Origin: Mucilaginibacter sp.
Lineage (GTDB): Bacteria > Bacteroidota > Bacteroidia > Sphingobacteriales > Sphingobacteriaceae
NCBI GenBank assembly: GCA_043739405.1
Contig: JAYUEE010000011.1
Location: 36,708 to 100,707, forward strand
Reading direction: 5' to 3'
DNA length: 64,000 bases
A program made the translations under genes and the position numbers. Numbering within the stretch: position 1 is the first letter of the stretch; every line of letters begins with the position of its first letter. Of the stretch, positions 59,918 through 64,000 are shown piece after piece. Below the pieces are notes generated by a model, which was not told the DNA's origin, did not search any database, and saw only the letters and a list, made by a program, of their open reading frames with translations.

Positions 59918-61723
59918 ATGAGCAAAGATTTCGACTACAAGGCTGCCTTAAAGAATATACCGCACAAACCGGGGGTATACCAATATTGGGATGCCGATAA
60001 CGAGCTGATCTACATCGGCAAAGCGAAGGACTTGCGCAACCGCGTTACATCCTATTTTAATAAGGATCTAAATATAAATGCCAAAACAAAAGTTTTGGTT
60101 TCCAAAATCCGCAACATCACTTTCACTATTGTGGATACGGAGGTGGATGCCTGGCTGCTGGAAAACAGCATGATAAAAAAGCATCAGCCGCGGTATAATG
60201 TGATGCTGAAAGATGATAAGACCTATCCCTGGATCATCATCAGAAACGAAAATTTCCCCCGTATATTCTGGACAAGACGAATCGTGCGTGATGGCTCAAA
60301 ATACCTTGGGCCTTACGCCTCGGTGAGCATGATGCATAACATTTTAGACCTGATCAAGGAAACCTATCCCTTGCGAACCTGTAGTTTAAATTTAACCCGC
60401 CAAAATATTGACGCCGGTAAATTCAAAGTATGCCTCGAATATCAATTAGGCAATTGCAAGGGCCCATGCCAGAATTACCAGACGGAAGATGATTATGAGC
60501 ACAATATTGAAGAGATAACAAATATACTAAGCGGCAAAATAGGGGCCGTTTTACGAAACCTAAAATCGGATATTGATACCGCAGTGGCCAGCCTGAATTT
60601 TGAGGCGGCGCATAAGCTAAAACGAAAAGCCGACCTGCTTGAAAACTATCAGAGCAAGTCGACTGTGGTTAATTCGTCCATTACCGACGTAGATGTTTTC
60701 AATATTGCATCGGATGAAAAATATGCCTTTGTCAATTTCCTGAAGGTGATGAATGGTACCATCATCCAGACGCAGACAATCGAACTAAAAAAACGCCTCG
60801 ACGAAAGTGACCAGGAATTACTTACGCTGGCTATTTCAGAATTCAGGACCCGGTATAACAGTAAGTCTAAAGAAGTAATCGTGCCATTTCATCCTGATAT
60901 TGACGATGGGTTGATCAAATTCACTGTGCCTAAATTGGGTGAAAAGAAAAAGCTGCTTGATCTTTCACATAAAAATGTGCTCTTCTTCAAAAAAGAAAGA
61001 ATTGACCAATATGAAAAATTAAATCCAGATATCCGTACCGATAGGTTGCTGACGACCATGATGAAGGATCTGCGTATGAACCAGTTACCCCGGCATATCG
61101 AATGCTTTGATAATTCCAATTTCCAGGGTAAATACCCGGTTTCTGCAATCGTAGTTTTTCGGGATGGTAAGCCATCTAAAAAAGACTACCGCCACTTTAA
61201 CGTGAAAACCGTTGAAGGGCCAAATGATTTCGCTACGATGGAAGAAGCCGTTCATAGAAGATACCGGCGGATGCTGGATGAAGGAACCGAATTACCTCAA
61301 CTGATCATCATTGACGGTGGCAAAGGGCAATTATCATCCGCTATCAAAAGTTTGAAGCAATTAGGCATTGATAAACAAGTTACGGTTATTGGGATAGCCA
61401 AGCGCCTGGAAGAACTGTATTATCCCGGCGATCAATACCCTTTATACCTAGATAAAAAATCGGAAACATTGAAAATCATCCAGCAATTGCGTGATGAGGC
61501 CCACCGGTTCGGGATCACTTTTCACCGCAAAAAACGCGATAAAGGAACCCTTGCCACTGAACTTGAATTGATTGAAGGTATAGGCAAAATGTCCGCTGAA
61601 AAATTGCTAAATCATTTCAGGTCGGTAAAAAAAATACGCGAGGCTGCTATTGAGGATTTGCAGGAAGTAGTAAATACCAAGCAAGCTGCTGCGATAAGAA
61701 ATTATTTTAGTCCGAAGTCTTAA
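59918..61723 (+). CDS. uvrC: Excinuclease ABC subunit C
   Basis: 601 aa with a GIY-YIG N-terminus GVYQYWDADNELIYIGKAKDLRNRV, a UvrBC domain, and a C-terminal HhH IEGIGKMSAEKLL. Confidence 0.92.
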   Translation: MSKDFDYKAALKNIPHKPGVYQYWDADNELIYIGKAKDLRNRVTSYFNKDLNINAKTKVLVSKIRNITFTIVDTEVDAWLLENSMIKKHQPRYNVMLKDDKTYPWIIIRNENFPRIFWTRRIVRDGSKYLGPYASVSMMHNILDLIKETYPLRTCSLNLTRQNIDAGKFKVCLEYQLGNCKGPCQNYQTEDDYEHNIEEITNILSGKIGAVLRNLKSDIDTAVASLNFEAAHKLKRKADLLENYQSKSTVVNSSITDVDVFNIASDEKYAFVNFLKVMNGTIIQTQTIELKKRLDESDQELLTLAISEFRTRYNSKSKEVIVPFHPDIDDGLIKFTVPKLGEKKKLLDLSHKNVLFFKKERIDQYEKLNPDIRTDRLLTTMMKDLRMNQLPRHIECFDNSNFQGKYPVSAIVVFRDGKPSKKDYRHFNVKTVEGPNDFATMEEAVHRRYRRMLDEGTELPQLIIIDGGKGQLSSAIKSLKQLGIDKQVTVIGIAKRLEELYYPGDQYPLYLDKKSETLKIIQQLRDEAHRFGITFHRKKRDKGTLATELELIEGIGKMSAEKLLNHFRSVKKIREAAIEDLQEVVNTKQAAAIRNYFSPKS

Positions 61724-61740
61724 GTCCAATCTCAAATTAA

Positions 61741-61833
61741 AATGTCATTTCGAACGAGCATAGCGAGGAGAAATCTTCGACAAGATACAGGGTGAACTGT
61801 GCATGGCGGACTATGCATGCGTTTAAGATTTCT
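61741..61833. repeat. Palindromic intergenic element (half-site GTCATTTCGAACGAG..GAGGAGAAATCTT with partner AAGATTTCT)
   Basis: 9-bp inverted repeat AGAAATCTT (61769-61777) / AAGATTTCT (61825-61833). An inner GCATG/CATGC pairing is also present. It resembles a dispersed Sphingobacteriia repeat family that I recall but cannot verify. Confidence 0.45.
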
Positions 61834-61842
61834 GGTAGTGTC

Positions 61843-62040
61843 TCAGTTTGAATTTTGTTCTTTTTTTTCTTTAGGTTTCTTCATAGCCATGAGCATGCAG
61901 AGTATACCTACAATTAATAACGAAAAAGTATAAATGTTATCCGTGTTCTTTGCGGTGGAAAAGTATGTTCCAACAGACATGAAAATCGCTCCTACATACA
62001 CGTAGGTCTTATTGTAAACGTTTAATTCGTGAAGATTCAT
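61843..62040 (-). CDS. Small two-TM membrane protein (hypothetical)
   Basis: The listed ORF starts at GTG 62061, inside the terminator T-run. I prefer ATG 62040 (MNLHELNVYNK...). There are two hydrophobic helices and a Lys/Glu tail. Confidence 0.35.
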   Translation of the reverse strand: MNLHELNVYNKTYVYVGAIFMSVGTYFSTAKNTDNIYTFSLLIVGILCMLMAMKKPKEKKEQNSN

Positions 62041-62049
62041 TTTTTCAAT

Positions 62050-62074
62050 AAAAAAAGCCACTTGTTAAGTGGCT
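62050..62074 (-). terminator. Rho-independent terminator after the transposase gene
   Basis: AGCCACTT - GTT - AAGTGGCT (62056-62074), a perfect 8-bp stem, followed on the minus strand by a T-run (62050-62056). Confidence 0.65.
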
Positions 62075-62098
62075 TAAATCTATGAATAAGTTTGCGAA

Positions 62099-62965
62099 TT
62101 AATCTGCCAGTCTTACAATTTCCTCAATAGTCATAACGTCTTTAGTTAACCCTGCTTCCATTGCCGGGGTTACTCTTAGCGTCTTGTGTATTTTAGCGAA
62201 GTTGTAATAAACGAAGTGTAATGCGATTGCATGGCAATGATTTTCCATTTTCTTAGAGAAAGCGTTGGTTAACCTTGTGAACCTACGCATGTGCATACGC
62301 ATAGTTAGGTTTTGGCGTTCAACGTAGCTTGTAGATACATTTTCCGCTACTGGCTTACCAATTATCCTCTTCTTTTCAAAGCCAGTACAATCACCGGGAC
62401 TATATTTCCTTTCTGTTTGATTTGCGCCCATTGGCTCACCGTAAATTTTAATAAGCATTGCGTAGTCTATCTTAGAACCGAAAGCGTCAGGAACGGCGTT
62501 TAAATAAGCCTTGTGGCCGTCAGTAGTTAACTGTACTCTATTCCTTAAACGGCTTTTTACATCTTTCATAAATGTATAGGCAGATTCAGCGTCACGGTCA
62601 CCTACAAACCACGATACAATCATTTTACTATCGGCATCAATCGCTGTCCAAGTCCAAACGTCACCTGCACCCTCAACATCAGCTACGTTATTTTCAACGC
62701 TTTTCTGCTTCGAATATATAAAGCTCCAAATTTCATCCGCTTCTATTCTTGTTGAATTTAACCCGTGTACGGTCTCATCGTGAAAATTTTGACAGGCCTT
62801 ACCAGTATCAACCAGTAATTTTGTTACTGTATTGATGCTTACATCTGCAATACGTGACGTAGCACGTAATGACATCCCCTCAACAAGCATGTTGATGATT
62901 TGTACTTTTTTGGCGATTGGTAACTTGTTCATACAACAAATATACTGATTTATTTTAATTGTCAA
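62099..62965 (-). CDS. IS1-family DDE transposase (single-ORF type); likely true start at Met-12 (62932)
   Basis: HTH LRATSRIADVSINTVTKLL, then IEADEIWSF, WTWTAIDADSKMIVSW and LTTDGHKAY. YVERQNLTMRMHMRRFTRLTNAFSKKMENH parallels the IS1 InsB motif IERHNLNLRQHLARL..SFSKS. Confidence 0.7.
   Translation of the reverse strand: MTIKINQYICCMNKLPIAKKVQIINMLVEGMSLRATSRIADVSINTVTKLLVDTGKACQNFHDETVHGLNSTRIEADEIWSFIYSKQKSVENNVADVEGAGDVWTWTAIDADSKMIVSWFVGDRDAESAYTFMKDVKSRLRNRVQLTTDGHKAYLNAVPDAFGSKIDYAMLIKIYGEPMGANQTERKYSPGDCTGFEKKRIIGKPVAENVSTSYVERQNLTMRMHMRRFTRLTNAFSKKMENHCHAIALHFVYYNFAKIHKTLRVTPAMEAGLTKDVMTIEEIVRLAD
62099..62965 (-). mobile_element. IS1-like insertion sequence, ends not resolved
   Basis: A transposase gene is present. 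I could not find convincing terminal inverted repeats or a target-site duplication by eye. Confidence 0.4.
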
Positions 62966-63081
62966 GCATAAAAATCATTTTAATATAAAATCTATGTAAA
63001 ATTACATTTATTTTTTATAATAGCTTGTTTTATAGCTATTTTTTAGTATATTTGCTATGTTAAAATACAGATTTAAATAAC

Positions 63082-64000
63082 ATGAAGTCAGAAGAAGATG
63101 AAATGGATAAATTGCTTAATGGCGTTTTAGCTTCTTTTAAATCTAATAAATTCGATACCCTTCGGGAGGTGTTCGATAAACGGATAAAGGAATTAAACGT
63201 ATCACAGGCTCAGGTAGAAAAGACGCTAAAAATAGAATACCGAACCCTAAATGGAATTTTAGACGGGACAACTAAAAAGTTTGATTTAGGCAACCTTGTA
63301 AAAATCGCCAAATTTTTGGATTTAGAGGTTGAAGATTTGGTTCAGAGGTATGTTTCAGAGGCTTTATCATCTTCAAAGGTCTATGATAGAGATATTGAAA
63401 AAAAGAATTTTATTGTAAATAACTTTGATTTACCACGATTAAAAAAGGATAAATTAATCGATAGTATTTCAGATTACGACCATATAGAAAAAAGAATATG
63501 TGATCTCTTTGGATTTGATTCGGTTTTTGAATACAAAAGAAATAGGGTAAATCCTGCGTATTGGAGCGTTAAGGAAATGGTAAGTAATCGCACAAGGGAT
63601 TTATGGATAGAATGGTCGTATCAAAGTTTGAAAGCACTTAATAATCCATATAAGTATGATAGGGATAAACTAATTGCCCTTTTCCCGAATATTAGAATGC
63701 ATACTACAAATGTTGAAAAGGGACTTTATTCAATCATCAGACTTCTTTACAAGGCCGGAATAACCGTAATATATCAACCCTACCAATCTAATTTAGATAT
63801 TCGTGGTGCAACCTTCTCAGTAAATGAAAAGCCATGCATCGTCCTTACCAATTATAAAAAGAAGTATCCATCCTTATGGTTCGCGTTATTACATGAACTA
63901 CACCATGTATTATTTGATTGGGATGAAATTTTAGTTAATACATTTCATGTATCAGAATCAGATGGTAGTCTCATAGACAAGGAGAAAAAAGCGAATGAAT
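63082..64000 (+). CDS. XRE-type HTH fused to ImmA/IrrE family metallopeptidase (truncated by the window edge)
   Basis: Not in the ORF track because it runs off the edge. My translation from ATG 63082 reads MKSEEDEMDKLLNGV...RIKELNVSQAQVEKTLKIEYRTLNGILDG (HTH) ... LWFALLHELHHVLFDWDE (HExxH). Confidence 0.7.
   Translation, partial: MKSEEDEMDKLLNGVLASFKSNKFDTLREVFDKRIKELNVSQAQVEKTLKIEYRTLNGILDGTTKKFDLGNLVKIAKFLDLEVEDLVQRYVSEALSSSKVYDRDIEKKNFIVNNFDLPRLKKDKLIDSISDYDHIEKRICDLFGFDSVFEYKRNRVNPAYWSVKEMVSNRTRDLWIEWSYQSLKALNNPYKYDRDKLIALFPNIRMHTTNVEKGLYSIIRLLYKAGITVIYQPYQSNLDIRGATFSVNEKPCIVLTNYKKKYPSLWFALLHELHHVLFDWDEILVNTFHVSESDGSLIDKEKKANE

Noticed and set aside
62076-62996. A 9-bp direct repeat, AAATCTATG (62076-62084 and 62988-62996), as a possible IS1-type target-site duplication.
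   Set aside because: The sequences immediately inside the two copies are not inverted repeats of each other. The 9-mer is AT-rich and could match by chance. The only IR-like pair I found (GTTTGCGAATTAA / TTAATTGTCAAGC, 10 of 13) has no flanking duplication.

Overview
Hand analysis only, with no tools. Motif coordinates were indexed by eye and may be off by 1-2 nt. The window looks like a chromosomal segment of a Bacteroidota genome, most likely Sphingobacteriaceae (Mucilaginibacter/Pedobacter-like). The pointers are moderate GC, many lipoproteins, T9SS/gliding genes, TAnnTTTG-type promoter boxes and an atp operon without atpDC.

Gene order, left to right:
- sucA (partial) and a PAS histidine kinase.
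- A cluster bracketed by two photolyase-family genes, cry-DASH at 4.6 kb and a CPD photolyase at 16.8 kb. It holds TetR, an ABC1 kinase, three atypical SDRs, a Dabb protein and two tandem plug+barrel outer-membrane paralogs.
- Two FKBP isomerases, MarR and ggt.
- A 20-kb block of T9SS cargo genes: a 1245-aa S8 peptidase, a 64-aa mini-protein with an exosortase-like tail, and four tandem giant paralogs of 1132-1295 aa.
- DUF4136, nadE, gldB and DUF4349.
- The F-type ATP synthase operon (atpZ-like, membrane ORF, atpBEFHAG).
- A porW/sprE-like lipoprotein, PBP1A and uvrC.
- An AT-richer accessory edge with an IS1-family transposase and a truncated HTH-ImmA/IrrE gene.

No rRNA, tRNA or CRISPR was seen.

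The best candidate for something undescribed is the four-gene array at 27.5-43.4 kb. An equal-length conserved tail of about 617 aa, made of unrecognised modules plus a T9SS type A C-terminal domain, carries different N-terminal heads: a PATR-like solenoid in three paralogs and a six-blade NHL propeller in one. The array has conserved upstream boxes and covarying terminators.

Secondary leads are the photolyase-bracketed cluster, the PLD-TM-RRKR mini-protein, and several families of short word-like intergenic repeats and hairpins.
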